Positions 1 to 10,000 of a DNA stretch of 64,000 nt are shown here, one piece after another. Source of the stretch: Terriglobia bacterium (lineage in GTDB: Bacteria > Acidobacteriota > Terriglobia > UBA7540). How positions within the stretch are numbered: the first letter of the stretch is position 1; each line of letters starts with the position of its first letter. The stretch spans positions 4,617 to 68,616 of the forward strand of contig DASYZG010000025.1 of the NCBI GenBank assembly GCA_035946575.1, in the 5' to 3' direction. The notes beneath the pieces were generated by a model that had not been told where the DNA came from, did not search any database, and saw nothing but the letters and a program-made list of their open reading frames with translations. The position numbers were made by a program, and so were the translations under genes.

Positions 1-40
1 GGGCCGGGGATGATTGTTCCGAAATGGCTGGGACAGCCCA

Positions 41-2272
41 CTAGGGCAGCGACAAATCAAGAGCGTAAAGATCGTACAACCCGTGAATAAGCAGTGAAAC
101 AGGCGCGTCGTCGGGCGTCAGACCGGTAAAGGCGCTGTAGATGATGTCGGCTCGATGGAGGGCATCTGACCCCGCCACCCGCTCCACCCTGCCTGAGCTG
201 ATGGCGGTGCGATAGATGGGCTGGCCGGGGGCGCCGAGATCCTGGAAGTAGACCATCTTCCCATCTCGCGACCAAAGCGGATTGTGCAGAATTTCACCGC
301 GCGCGAGCTTCGTCCACTTTTGACTCTTGGTATCGAAGAGCACGAGCCGATGCGTGTCGAGGCTCAGGCAGACGATGTAATGACCATCCGGTCCCCAGCG
401 CGGCCAATACAGGCCAGCGGAATCAGGCAAGGCTGAAATCTTGCCGGTGTTCAAATTGAGGATCTGGATGGAAGCAGCAAGCTTGTTTTCCAAGCCGGCC
501 GAAGGAGCTTGTGGAAAAGCGGACTGCGGACCGAAGACCACGGAGCTGCCGTCGGACGACCAGTCCGGGTCGCCCCCATTCATTCCCCGCGGCAAAAGCT
601 TGTGTGGTTCTCCTCCTTCGGCTGAAATCAGGTCGATGTCTCCGGGGCTGTCACCGGCCACGAAGACGATCTGCTTGCCATCCGGCGACCACCTCGGCAG
701 GTCGGCGTGAAGTGGCGGAAAAGTGAGCCTCAGTTTCTCGCTGCCGTCGACTCTGCTCTTCCACAAGCCTCCATCGGGATAGGTTGTGTAGGCCAGCCAT
801 TTTCCGTCCCGGGTAAAAGCCAGCCTGTGGGCTGATAGCCCGGGAAGATAAGGGACAAACTCCGAGGAGCGCGGCTCGTAACGGGCCAGCTCCCCTCGAT
901 TCTGTCTGGAGACCACAAAAACGCGTTTGCCGTCGGGGCTCAGCGCGGGAGACAAAAGCTGGAGCGGCCCTGTTGTCAGGAGAACCGGTTCGCGATTGGA
1001 GTTGTGAAACAAGCTCCGTTGCTCGCGAATAGCCCAAATGCCGCTTTTCTGGTCCCGAGTGGATTTAAAGATGAAATATTTTCCATCGGGTGTCCAGCCT
1101 CCCGAGGTTTCATGAGGGGAACTGGTCCATTGCGGTATCAGCCGATGTGCATGGGAGCCATCGCGGGAGACTTCCCACAGGGAATCCATATTGGTGCCGG
1201 GATCGGTCACGGTCAAGCGCAAGACCCGGCCTGAGGGCGACCACCGGAAATCGGAAGCAAGGCCAGGGGCCGTCCAGAGCTTCCGTGGGTTGCTACCGTC
1301 CCGCCTGGCCAGGTAAATGTCTGCGCCAAGGCTGTAAATGATCCCCTGACCGTCAGGAGACCATTCCGCGTCGTACGCCTCAATGTCACCCACCCGGCGC
1401 GGTGAACCGCCTAGAACTGACACGATCCAGAGCGGGTGGTGAAGGGGCTTTTCCAGCGAACTCCCGACAAGGAGTTCCGAATGGTCCGGTGAAAGGCCAC
1501 ACAGGAAAACTCCTTTAAAGGGCAGTGGAATCCCGGCGGTCTCCGCCCCATCGGACGAAACCTGGTTCAAGGTGAGGTTGGCACCGCCGACAGGGTGCGC
1601 CACAAAGTAGACTCGGGTTCCATCGGTAGCGATTCTCGACAGGACGTCGATTCGCCCCGACCTGGTAATCTGCTCATAACGGAGCACGTGCGGCGGGGGT
1701 AAAGTAGGCCTCAGAAACGCGAACGCGAGAACCGCGACAACAGCCAGACCGCTCATCGCCATCAGCAGCAACAGGCGCGGGAACGGGGACGCGCGCGTTC
1801 CGGATTTCAGCAACCCGGACTCGGGACTCGCGGCCGGGGCGAGGGCTGGCGTTGTCCCGGGCTGCCGCTCTTCTTCAATTTCCTCGATCACCACCTCGCC
1901 GCGAGAGTGGTCCTCGACGATCAGCTCAGCCTCATATTGCTGTGACCATCCCCTGACCTCAGCGCTGAAGCGATAACCCCTGCCCGGAACCGTGACGATG
2001 TAGCGATCCTCGCCCGGGACTTCGCCGAGAGCCTTGCGAATCATCGAAATCTGAACCGTGAGGTTCGACTCCTCGACGAAGCTGTCAGGCCAAAGCGCCT
2101 TCATCAGTTCGTCCTTGGGAATCAGCCGCCCGCGGTTCTCCAGCAGGACCAACAAGGTGTCATAGGTTTTCGGCGTAAGGGGCACCGGCTGCCGCCGGCA
2201 CAGGAGAAGATGCTGAACGGTGTCCAGGACAAAGGGGCCGAACTCGTAGAAGTGCTGCCGTTTCTGTTCCAT
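41..2272 (-). CDS. CadC/OmpR-type winged-helix transcriptional regulator with one TM helix and a C-terminal TolB-like (PD40) beta-propeller
   Basis: The track ORF 41..2632 is trimmed to the ATG at 2270-2272 (MEQKRQHFYEFGPFVLD...), which has a purine-rich stretch upstream. Winged-helix motif 'LTPKTYDTLLVLLENRGRLIPKDELMKALWPDSFVEESNLTVQISMIRKAL...IVTVPGRGYRF'. Hydrophobic segment 'LLLLMAMSGLAVVAVLAFAFL'. Repeated 'SPDG/SRDG..(I/V)(V/Y)F' PD40-like blades follow. Confidence 0.8.
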   Translation of the reverse strand: MEQKRQHFYEFGPFVLDTVQHLLLCRRQPVPLTPKTYDTLLVLLENRGRLIPKDELMKALWPDSFVEESNLTVQISMIRKALGEVPGEDRYIVTVPGRGYRFSAEVRGWSQQYEAELIVEDHSRGEVVIEEIEEERQPGTTPALAPAASPESGLLKSGTRASPFPRLLLLMAMSGLAVVAVLAFAFLRPTLPPPHVLRYEQITRSGRIDVLSRIATDGTRVYFVAHPVGGANLTLNQVSSDGAETAGIPLPFKGVFLCGLSPDHSELLVGSSLEKPLHHPLWIVSVLGGSPRRVGDIEAYDAEWSPDGQGIIYSLGADIYLARRDGSNPRKLWTAPGLASDFRWSPSGRVLRLTVTDPGTNMDSLWEVSRDGSHAHRLIPQWTSSPHETSGGWTPDGKYFIFKSTRDQKSGIWAIREQRSLFHNSNREPVLLTTGPLQLLSPALSPDGKRVFVVSRQNRGELARYEPRSSEFVPYLPGLSAHRLAFTRDGKWLAYTTYPDGGLWKSRVDGSEKLRLTFPPLHADLPRWSPDGKQIVFVAGDSPGDIDLISAEGGEPHKLLPRGMNGGDPDWSSDGSSVVFGPQSAFPQAPSAGLENKLAASIQILNLNTGKISALPDSAGLYWPRWGPDGHYIVCLSLDTHRLVLFDTKSQKWTKLARGEILHNPLWSRDGKMVYFQDLGAPGQPIYRTAISSGRVERVAGSDALHRADIIYSAFTGLTPDDAPVSLLIHGLYDLYALDLSLP

Positions 2273-2437
2273 ACGTCCTTCGGAGATTTTTTGCAGAATT
2301 TTTAGTCCCCGTTTAGGACTTTTATTGTGACCTGCTGAGACGATCCCCCCGACATGACCAGACCCGTGATTGGTTGCTTCGCTTTGCGCGGTACTGATAC
2401 TACCACGCGCTGCCGGCGGCGGAAACAAGGGTGAAGG

Positions 2438-2698
2438 GTGGGTCCGAAGCAGATCCGAATCAGTTTCCGGACGGACCGGGTGCTGGTCGTCCGCAGGCGC
2501 GCCGCCTCCAGCGTGGCCTGGTGCAAAGCCTGTGCCGAGCAGACCACGCTTCTGACCGCCGAAGAGGCGGCGGCGACGGCGGGCGTCACGGCGCGGGTGA
2601 TTTACCGATGGCTGGAGGAAGGCAGGATCCATTTTTCGGAAACGTCCGAAGGAGCGACGCTGATCTGCTTGAACTCATTAACCCGAAACCGCACCTGA
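2438..2698 (+). CDS. small helix-turn-helix DNA-binding protein (excisionase/MerR-like HTH preceded by a CxxC)
   Basis: 86-aa ORF with a GTG start. 'WCKACAEQTTLLTAEEAAATAGVTARVIYRWLEEGRIHFSE...LICLNSL' resembles small HTH proteins. It is divergent from the regulator and 95 nt upstream of the tail-fibre-like gene. Start codon is uncertain. Confidence 0.5.
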   Translation: MGPKQIRISFRTDRVLVVRRRAASSVAWCKACAEQTTLLTAEEAAATAGVTARVIYRWLEEGRIHFSETSEGATLICLNSLTRNRT

Positions 2699-2792
2699 GG
2701 GGCATTGCAATTACGGGCGGACCGTCTGGTCGGGCGGGTACTATCCCGCAAATTCCGACAGAAGACTTGACCTATTCAAAGAGGAGGAAGAA

Positions 2793-5147
2793 GTGAAGAA
2801 GATCATCGAGAACTACAGCTGCAACGAAACGACGGGAAGAAAACGGGTACCCGGGCGGGTAAACATACCCTGCCCGAGGTGGCGCATCTTCAGCCTTTGG
2901 TGGCTGCTGTCGGCCCTGACCGCACTTCTCATCACGATGGCATCCGTGGGTGCCGCCGCCCAGGCACGCGGTGCGACCGAGGCCGCAGGCGCGATCGTCT
3001 TGTCGTCCGATTCCGTTGTGCCCCGCCTGATCCGTTTCAGCGGGACCATCAAAGATGCGGGCGGGAAGCCCGTCACCAGTTCCCTCGGACTCACCTTTTC
3101 ACTCTACCAATTTGAAGAGGGCGGGCGACCGCTCTGGGTTGAGACCCAGACCGTGCTGCCTGACTCACAAGGACACTACTCGGTTCTGCTGGGCGCGGCC
3201 TCAGCGGACGGCCTGCCTCAAGACCTCTTCAGCAGCGGATCCGCCCGATGGCTGGGTGTGCAGCCTGCGCTGCCGGGCGCCGGTGAGCAGCCAAGAGTGC
3301 TGCTGGTGGGCGTCCCCTACGCGCTTAAGGCTGCCGACGCCGAAACGCTGGGGGGCAAGCCCGCTTCTGCGTACGTCACCACTGAAGTCCTCAACGCCCA
3401 AAGCACGTCAAAGGCTCCAGGCAGCGCGATGCCCGCTATCGCAGCGTCGGCGGCTGCAGGCGCTCAGGATCACTCCACGTCTGCCGGTGCCGGTGGGCGG
3501 AAGAATGCGTCTGCCGTGAACCCTCCGACATCCTGCTCGAGCATCACGGCTGACGGTACAGCGACGGCGAACCAGCTGGCCAAGTTCACGGCTGCCTGCA
3601 AGATTCATCAATCGCTGCTCTTTGACAACGGCACCGACGTCGGCGTCAACACCAACAGCCCCGCGGCAACTCTGGACGTCAACGGGAACATCTCCGGCCG
3701 GGACAACCTCGGCCTGCCTCAGACTACCAAGTCGAGCGTGGGTGTGATTACACTGGGCGGCAGCTCCTTCCTGCATGCCTGTTGCTCTTCCTCAGCGGAC
3801 AACACGTTTCTCGGCGTCAAGGCTGGCAATTTCACAATGTCAGGGGTGGGACACAACACCGCCACGGGTTTCGACGCCCTCTTTGCCAATACGACGGGCG
3901 GCGAAAACACCGCTTCGGGCTATTTCGCGCTTTCTGCCAACACGACCGGCAGCAGCAACACGGCTGATGGCCACGAAGCGCTCGAACTCAACACCTCGGG
4001 CTTCAACAACACCGCCGTCGGCTTCAGCGCCATGCTCGATAACGGCTCGGGCACAGACAACACCGCGGTGGGCGACAGCGTGCTCAATTTCAACACCACC
4101 GGCAGCTTCAACACGGCCGTGGGCGAGACCGCGCTCGGGGGGAACACGACGGGCAAGTTCAACACCGCCCTCGGTACCGGCGCGAGCGTGAGCCCCGGGA
4201 CTGTGATCAACGCCACGGCGATCGGCGCCGAGGCTATCGCAGGCGAGAGCAACGCCATCGTGCTCGGCTGCACCAGCAGTACAGCATGCTCGGCAGGAGG
4301 CCTGAATCCCGGTGCCGTTCCGCCCAACGTAGGGATCGGGACAGGCGCTCCGGTGGCGCCACTTGATATCAACGGCAACCTGCTGCAGACCCTGATCGGA
4401 GATCCCGGTTGCGGATCAGGCTTCGCTGGTATCGCCTTCCAGAATACAGCGCTGAGCAATTGCCAGAACTACGCCCTCATTGGAGACAGCCAGGGCGACA
4501 CATTCGTCCAGGCTCCCGGCTCAGGCGCAACCCTTCACTTGCGCATCTCTCCGAATAAGGACGCCATGACCCTCGCCGACAGCGGCGTCAATACGATCTT
4601 CGGCAGTCTGAACGTTACAGGGACCCTGACCAAGGGCAGCGGCTCGTTCAAAATCGACGATCCGCTCGACCCGGCGAACAAGTATCTGTATCACTCATTC
4701 GTCGAGTCACCCGACATGATGGATATCTACAACGGCAACGTCACCACGAATAAGCAGGGTGTCGCGATCGTCGTCCTGCCCGCTTACTTCCAGGCGCTCA
4801 ACCGCGATTTCCGCTATCAGCTCACCCCGATCGGCCAATTTGCCCAGGTCATCGTTGCGAGAAAAATAGCGAATAACCGGTTTGTGATTCGCACCAGCAA
4901 ACCCGGCGTCGAGGTCTCGTGGCAAGTTACCGGTATCCGCCACGACGCCTTCGCCAACGCGCACCGCATTCCGGTGGAGGAGGAAAAACCGCCCCGGGAA
5001 CAGGGAAAGTACCTCCATCCGGAACTGTTCGGAGCGCGGCCAGAGGAAGCAGTCGGTTATTCGGCGCCGCCAGCCGTCCCGGCTCCCGTTCCGGCACCGG
5101 TCGCCTCAACCGTCTCAACATCGGCCAGCGCGGAGGCCCGGCGATAA
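2793..5147 (+). CDS. membrane-anchored/secreted tail-fibre-like repeat protein (YadA-head / Hep_Hag-like 'NTA.G..AL' repeats)
   Basis: GTG start with a GGAGGA Shine-Dalgarno. N-terminal hydrophobic anchor 'IFSLWWLLSALTALLITMASVGAAA'. About 10 tandem 14-15-aa repeats (NTASGYFALSANTTGSSNTADGHEALELNTSGFNNTAVG...). Conserved-looking C-terminal module 'FKIDDPLDPANKYLYHSFVESPDMMDIYNG'. Confidence 0.75.
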   Translation: MKKIIENYSCNETTGRKRVPGRVNIPCPRWRIFSLWWLLSALTALLITMASVGAAAQARGATEAAGAIVLSSDSVVPRLIRFSGTIKDAGGKPVTSSLGLTFSLYQFEEGGRPLWVETQTVLPDSQGHYSVLLGAASADGLPQDLFSSGSARWLGVQPALPGAGEQPRVLLVGVPYALKAADAETLGGKPASAYVTTEVLNAQSTSKAPGSAMPAIAASAAAGAQDHSTSAGAGGRKNASAVNPPTSCSSITADGTATANQLAKFTAACKIHQSLLFDNGTDVGVNTNSPAATLDVNGNISGRDNLGLPQTTKSSVGVITLGGSSFLHACCSSSADNTFLGVKAGNFTMSGVGHNTATGFDALFANTTGGENTASGYFALSANTTGSSNTADGHEALELNTSGFNNTAVGFSAMLDNGSGTDNTAVGDSVLNFNTTGSFNTAVGETALGGNTTGKFNTALGTGASVSPGTVINATAIGAEAIAGESNAIVLGCTSSTACSAGGLNPGAVPPNVGIGTGAPVAPLDINGNLLQTLIGDPGCGSGFAGIAFQNTALSNCQNYALIGDSQGDTFVQAPGSGATLHLRISPNKDAMTLADSGVNTIFGSLNVTGTLTKGSGSFKIDDPLDPANKYLYHSFVESPDMMDIYNGNVTTNKQGVAIVVLPAYFQALNRDFRYQLTPIGQFAQVIVARKIANNRFVIRTSKPGVEVSWQVTGIRHDAFANAHRIPVEEEKPPREQGKYLHPELFGARPEEAVGYSAPPAVPAPVPAPVASTVSTSASAEARR

Positions 5148-5264
5148 CAAGTCAGGTTTCCAGTCTCTCCCGGAACGCGGCCCAACAACGGCCCCAGTCG
5201 GCCACCCAAAGCGCCGACTGGGGGCTTCGATCAGCCCCCGGGAGGACGCGAGCTATCGCTGTGC

Positions 5265-6653
5265 TTACGGATGGGCTTCTGGGACAACCGGCTGGGTGGC
5301 CGTGGCGAGGCTTGCCTGCGGCTGCCGGGCGTAGCGCTTCCAGACGAGGTACGCCGGCAGGCCGGTCAACATCAACCCCAAACCGGCAAGCGCGGGCGCC
5401 GGTCGCGTCACCAGCATGTTGCCGAGGAACCAAACGGTCACGGCCAGAAACAAGAGCGGCGTCACGGGATACCCGAACATGCGGTAAGGTCGAGGCACAT
5501 CAGCCCGCGTCCGCCGCAGCACGATCACGGCCGCGACCATCAGACCGTAGAACACCCACATACCGAACAGCGCGTAGTCTGCCAGTGATTCGTACGAGCC
5601 GCTCAGCACCAGCACCGCCCCCCAGAGCCCTTGCACCAGAATGGCAAAAGCCGGGGTGCCGTAGCGGGAATGAACGTCGGCGAATTTGCGGAAGAACAGC
5701 CCGTCCCGCGCTTGCGCGAAATAGACGCGCGGAGTGGTGAGAAAGCAGCCGTTCAGCGTGCCCGCGATGGAAATCAGGATGATCAGCGAAACCAGCGAGC
5801 CGCCCGCCGCGCCCAGCACTCGTCCGGCGGCGTCGCCACCCACGTGATTACTGGCGGCGATTTCGGGAATGGAAAGCACGCGCAGATAAGCCAGGTTCGC
5901 GAGCAGATAGACGGCCATCACCGCCAGCGTGCCGAGGACCAGCGCCCACACGATGTTGCGCTGCGGATCGCGGATCTCACCCGCCACGAAGCTCAACTGT
6001 ACCCAGCCGTCGTAGGCCAGAAGGCAGGCGATCAGCGCCACTCCAAAGCTGCCGGGTGAGATTCCGGAAGCGCCCGGAGCCGCGGCGGCGAAATGTCGCG
6101 CATGGCCGCTGAGCAGCAAGGCAGCGGCAATGATGATGAGCGCACCTCCGATTTTTGCCAGCGTAAAGCTCTTCTGGATGGCAGCTCCCAGCCTTACTCC
6201 GCGGTAGTTCGCCGATGTAAAGGCGGCCAGAAGCGCCAGACTGAGGACCTTCGAGGCTAGCGGGCTAACCGGCGTGAAGTAGGAGACGTAGAGGGAAAAC
6301 ACGACCGCCAGCCACGCTACCTGTGCACTGCGTGACACCGTAAGAAACGACCAGCCGCAGAGAAACGCTGCCAGCGGCCCGAAGGCCTCGCGCACGAACA
6401 CGTACTGGCCGCCCGTCGCTGGAAACGCGGCGCCCAGCTCGGCGCAGGCCAGAGCTCCGACCAGCGAAATCAGGCCCGCCACCACCCAAACGCCCATGAT
6501 CATGGGGACGGAGGGAAGGCTGCGCGCCACCAGATTCGGCACCAGGAAGATGCCGCCGCCGATCATGATCCCCGCCACGATGGCGAGGGAGTCGCCGAGC
6601 GACAGGCGTCGCGCCAGTTCCCGGCCTCCGCTGCTGTCGCTCGCAATGGTCAT
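5265..6653 (-). CDS. APC-family amino acid permease
   Basis: About 12 predicted TM segments. N-terminal 'LSLGDSLAIVAGIMIGGGIFLVPN' is typical of the APC superfamily. Start set to the ATG at 6651-6653 (MTIASDSS) with a GGAGGA SD. The track start at 6746 remains possible. Confidence 0.85.
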   Translation of the reverse strand: MTIASDSSGGRELARRLSLGDSLAIVAGIMIGGGIFLVPNLVARSLPSVPMIMGVWVVAGLISLVGALACAELGAAFPATGGQYVFVREAFGPLAAFLCGWSFLTVSRSAQVAWLAVVFSLYVSYFTPVSPLASKVLSLALLAAFTSANYRGVRLGAAIQKSFTLAKIGGALIIIAAALLLSGHARHFAAAAPGASGISPGSFGVALIACLLAYDGWVQLSFVAGEIRDPQRNIVWALVLGTLAVMAVYLLANLAYLRVLSIPEIAASNHVGGDAAGRVLGAAGGSLVSLIILISIAGTLNGCFLTTPRVYFAQARDGLFFRKFADVHSRYGTPAFAILVQGLWGAVLVLSGSYESLADYALFGMWVFYGLMVAAVIVLRRTRADVPRPYRMFGYPVTPLLFLAVTVWFLGNMLVTRPAPALAGLGLMLTGLPAYLVWKRYARQPQASLATATQPVVPEAHP

Positions 6654-6916
6654 TGGTGGCGGCTTCCTCCGGCCAAGCGATGCTTGGATCGCCTGTGCGG
6701 ATCGCGACGGAGCCCGATCATACAGCCGGAGCCGGAGGGCGGGCAAGTGCGGGTACTGGTGTCAGTTGGAACGCGGGCATCCCTGGCGCGCGCTCCATTA
6801 CGACCGGGTAGCGCGAGCCGGCTCGAAACGGCGTAATGGACCAGTTTGGGGTAGAGGCGGCTTCACGCCGCCGCCGATGGCGGAGTAAACCCGCCTCAAC
6901 ACCTCAAACTGGCCCA

Positions 6917-9900
6917 CTACTCGAAACGGCCATACCGGAGCGCGAGAGCCGGTAGCACGAGAAGGTTGAGCGCCGTCGATGTCACCAGGCCGCCCAGGAT
7001 GACAATGGCCATCGGACCCTCGATCTCGCGGCCAGGGTCGCCGCTGCCGAGCGCCAGAGGGAGCAGGCCAAGCCCGGTTACGAGGGCAGTCATCAGCACG
7101 GGCGCCAGACGCTCCGATGAGCCGCGCATGGCCGCATCGAGGCCCCAGGTCATACCCTCGCGCTCCACCAGATGCTCGTAATGCGAGATCATCATGATGG
7201 AGTTGCGAATAGTGATCCCAAAGAGGGTCACAAAGCCGACGAGTCCTCCTAATGACAGATTTCCGCCCGTGGCCCAGGCCGCCGCTACGCCGCCGACCAG
7301 CGCGAAGGGAAGGTTCATCAGCACCAGCAGCAGGTTCCGGTAATTGCGCATCACGATGGATAGCAACAGGATGATTCCGAATCCGGCAAGCAGAGAATGC
7401 AGCAGTAACTCCTGGCGGGACCGGGCTTGCGCCTCGGTAGTGCCGGCGAAGGCCACGTACGCGCCGGCCGGGAAAGAAATACGGGACAGGCGGCGCTGCG
7501 CCTCGCGCAGGAAGGCACTGAGGTCTTCACCGGGAACGTTGAGGGTCACGGTCTCGAGGCGGCGGCCGCCGTCATGCTGGATCACATAACGGCCGGAGGT
7601 TTCATAAACATCAGCCAGTTGGCCAAGGGCGACGTAGTTTCCGTCCGGACCTCGCAGGCGCAGGTCACTGACGGCCTCCACACTCTGCCGGTCGGCGGGG
7701 TCGAGAAAGACCGAGACGTCAAAGATCTGGCTCCCCTGATAGATCTGTCCAGTCACGTCGCCGCCGAACGCCGTCCGCACCGCATCCAGAACGTCCACGG
7801 AATCGAAACCCCAGCGCGCCACGCCGTCGGGCCTGAGGCGCACCACGACCTGTGGCGTTCCCGGCGGAGACTGCAGGGTCACGTCGGCAACGCCGTGGAT
7901 GCCGCTCAGGGCACGTGCCACCGCGCGGCTCTTCTGATCCAGAACGTTGAGGTCGTTCCCGAATACGTTCACCGCCAGGCCCGCGGTGAATCCGGAGAGG
8001 ATCTCGTTGATTCTCTCCACCAGAAAACTGTTCATCGAAAACGTCACGCCGGCAAAACCGGCGAGGGTTTTGCGAATGCTCGCCTGAGCCGAGTCGTATT
8101 CCCCCCCGTTCAGCGGCTTCAATGCCAGTTCGAATTCGCTGGAATACGTTCCATTGACATCGTCGGCCAATTCCGCCCTGCCGACCCTTTGGGCCACGAG
8201 CCGGATAAACGGCAGCTCAACGAGCGCCCGGGTAACGTGCTGGCCCAGCTCGAGCGATTGCCGTACGGAGGTTCCTGGAACTGCCGTCATGTGCAGCGTC
8301 AGATTTCCCTCGCGCAGTTGCGGTAGAAATGAAGTCTTGAGGGATGGAAACAGCGAGACGCCGGCGAGAATGACGAGGCCGACAGCGGACATGACCAGAA
8401 GCGGCGCCTTCTCGACTCCCAGCAGCAGGCGCCGGTATCCCTGCTTGAGCAACCGGACCGGTGCCGGGTCGGGGACCGGAAGATCGCGATCGGCCAGCAG
8501 GACCATGGAGAGCGCCGGAGTTACGGTCAGGGCCACCAGCAAGGAAATCAGAATGGCCCAGATGTAGGCGATCCCGAGCGGGGCGAAGATGCGGCCGGCA
8601 ACTCCGGACATCGTGAGTACCGGAAAGAACACCAGAACCACGGCAAAGGTGGCGTACACGACGGCGCTGCGCACCTCGATTGAGGCGTCGAGAATAACGC
8701 GCCAGGCCGCGCGCGGAGCGGGCAAAGTCCGGTTCTCGCGCAGGCGCCGGTAGATGTTTTCCACGTCGATCACCGCGTCGTCCACGACCTCGCCGATGGC
8801 AATCGCCAGTCCTCCCAGGGTCATGGTGTTCACGCTGAGGCCCATGCGCTGGAGCGCGATGAGGGCGCCCAGCAGCGAAAGCGGAATCGCGGTGCAGGAA
8901 ATCGCGGCCGTGCGCAGGTTGAAGAGAAACAGAAAGAGCACCACCACAATCAGAACGGCGCCCATAAGCAGCGACGACCGGACGTTGTGCAGAGCGGTCT
9001 CAATGAAAGAAGCGGGTCGAAAGATGTCCGTCTCGAGTTGCACTCCCTGGGCGGCCAGGCCCGGCCGCAGTTCCGCGAGAGCCTGGTCCAGCCCACGGGT
9101 GACCTGCAGGGTATTGGCCCTGTATTGAGACGAGACCATCAGCACCAGCCCCTGCTTTCCCATGATGGAGGCGCCGCCGATGGCGGGCGCGGGCGCATCG
9201 ATCACCTTCGCAACATCGCCCAGGGTGAGATTGGCTCCCTGCTGGCGAATCAGAACCGTCCGGGCCAGTTCGGCCGGAGTGAGCGACTGTCCGCTGGTCT
9301 GGATGATGATTCGCTGGTTGGGCGTGCTGAGGAACCCGGCGCCGCGAATCGCCGTGGCGCGCTGGGTGGCCGCGATCACATCGCTCACCGCGACGTTGTG
9401 GAGGATCAGGCGCTCGGGGTCAAACTGCACCTGGATCTGGCGGGTTTGCGCTCCGAAGATCGCCACCTTGGCAACGCCCGGCACCGCCAGCAGCCGGCGC
9501 CTGACCACCCAGTCAGCCAGCGTCGTAAGCCGCATGAGGGAAAGACTGTCGGAAGTCATGCCGGCCACGAGCACGGTGCTGGTCGATGAAATGAGCGGCG
9601 TCATGACGGGCGTAATGCCCCGGGGCAGCTGCCCGGCGAGCGTCGCCAGGCGTTCCGATACCAGTTGCCGGTCCAGGTAGACATTGCCTTCGCCGCGAAA
9701 CACAACCGTGATCACGGAAAGGCCCTGGATCGATCCCGAGCGGATCGCGTCGATGCCGGTGACGCCGATAATGGCGTTCTCGATCGGCGTGGTCACGATC
9801 TGTTCCACCTGCTGCGGTGAGAGCCCTGGCGCCTCGGTCTGAATGGAAACCTGAGGAGGCGCAAACTCCGGAAAGACGTCGTAGTTCGCGGTCTTGAGCG

Positions 9901-9988
9901 TATAAGCGCCATAGGCCAGCAGCGCGCATCCCAGGGCTATGACGAGTGTCCGGCGCAGGATCGAAAAACGAACGATGGATTTCAACAT
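6917..9988 (-). CDS. czcA: RND efflux permease, CusA/CzcA (heavy-metal efflux) family
   Basis: 1023 aa. N-terminus 'YDVFPEFAPPQVSIQTEAPGLSPQQVEQIVTTPIE' plus a 12-TM RND architecture. Last gene of a three-gene OMF-MFP-RND operon. Confidence 0.9.
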   Translation of the reverse strand: MLKSIVRFSILRRTLVIALGCALLAYGAYTLKTANYDVFPEFAPPQVSIQTEAPGLSPQQVEQIVTTPIENAIIGVTGIDAIRSGSIQGLSVITVVFRGEGNVYLDRQLVSERLATLAGQLPRGITPVMTPLISSTSTVLVAGMTSDSLSLMRLTTLADWVVRRRLLAVPGVAKVAIFGAQTRQIQVQFDPERLILHNVAVSDVIAATQRATAIRGAGFLSTPNQRIIIQTSGQSLTPAELARTVLIRQQGANLTLGDVAKVIDAPAPAIGGASIMGKQGLVLMVSSQYRANTLQVTRGLDQALAELRPGLAAQGVQLETDIFRPASFIETALHNVRSSLLMGAVLIVVVLFLFLFNLRTAAISCTAIPLSLLGALIALQRMGLSVNTMTLGGLAIAIGEVVDDAVIDVENIYRRLRENRTLPAPRAAWRVILDASIEVRSAVVYATFAVVLVFFPVLTMSGVAGRIFAPLGIAYIWAILISLLVALTVTPALSMVLLADRDLPVPDPAPVRLLKQGYRRLLLGVEKAPLLVMSAVGLVILAGVSLFPSLKTSFLPQLREGNLTLHMTAVPGTSVRQSLELGQHVTRALVELPFIRLVAQRVGRAELADDVNGTYSSEFELALKPLNGGEYDSAQASIRKTLAGFAGVTFSMNSFLVERINEILSGFTAGLAVNVFGNDLNVLDQKSRAVARALSGIHGVADVTLQSPPGTPQVVVRLRPDGVARWGFDSVDVLDAVRTAFGGDVTGQIYQGSQIFDVSVFLDPADRQSVEAVSDLRLRGPDGNYVALGQLADVYETSGRYVIQHDGGRRLETVTLNVPGEDLSAFLREAQRRLSRISFPAGAYVAFAGTTEAQARSRQELLLHSLLAGFGIILLLSIVMRNYRNLLLVLMNLPFALVGGVAAAWATGGNLSLGGLVGFVTLFGITIRNSIMMISHYEHLVEREGMTWGLDAAMRGSSERLAPVLMTALVTGLGLLPLALGSGDPGREIEGPMAIVILGGLVTSTALNLLVLPALALRYGRFE

Positions 9989-10000
9989 GAGTTTTGCGGA

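Noticed and set aside
2273-2632. 120-codon N-terminal extension of the CadC-like regulator in the track ORF
   Set aside because: It is low-complexity Arg/Pro/Gly sequence that overlaps the divergent HTH gene. The winged-helix domain begins right after the internal ATG at 2272, which has a purine-rich upstream stretch.
2793-5147. Tail-fibre-like gene as evidence of a prophage
   Set aside because: There are no capsid, terminase, baseplate, lysis or integrase genes nearby. The protein has an N-terminal membrane anchor, which is more consistent with a cellular surface fibre or adhesin.
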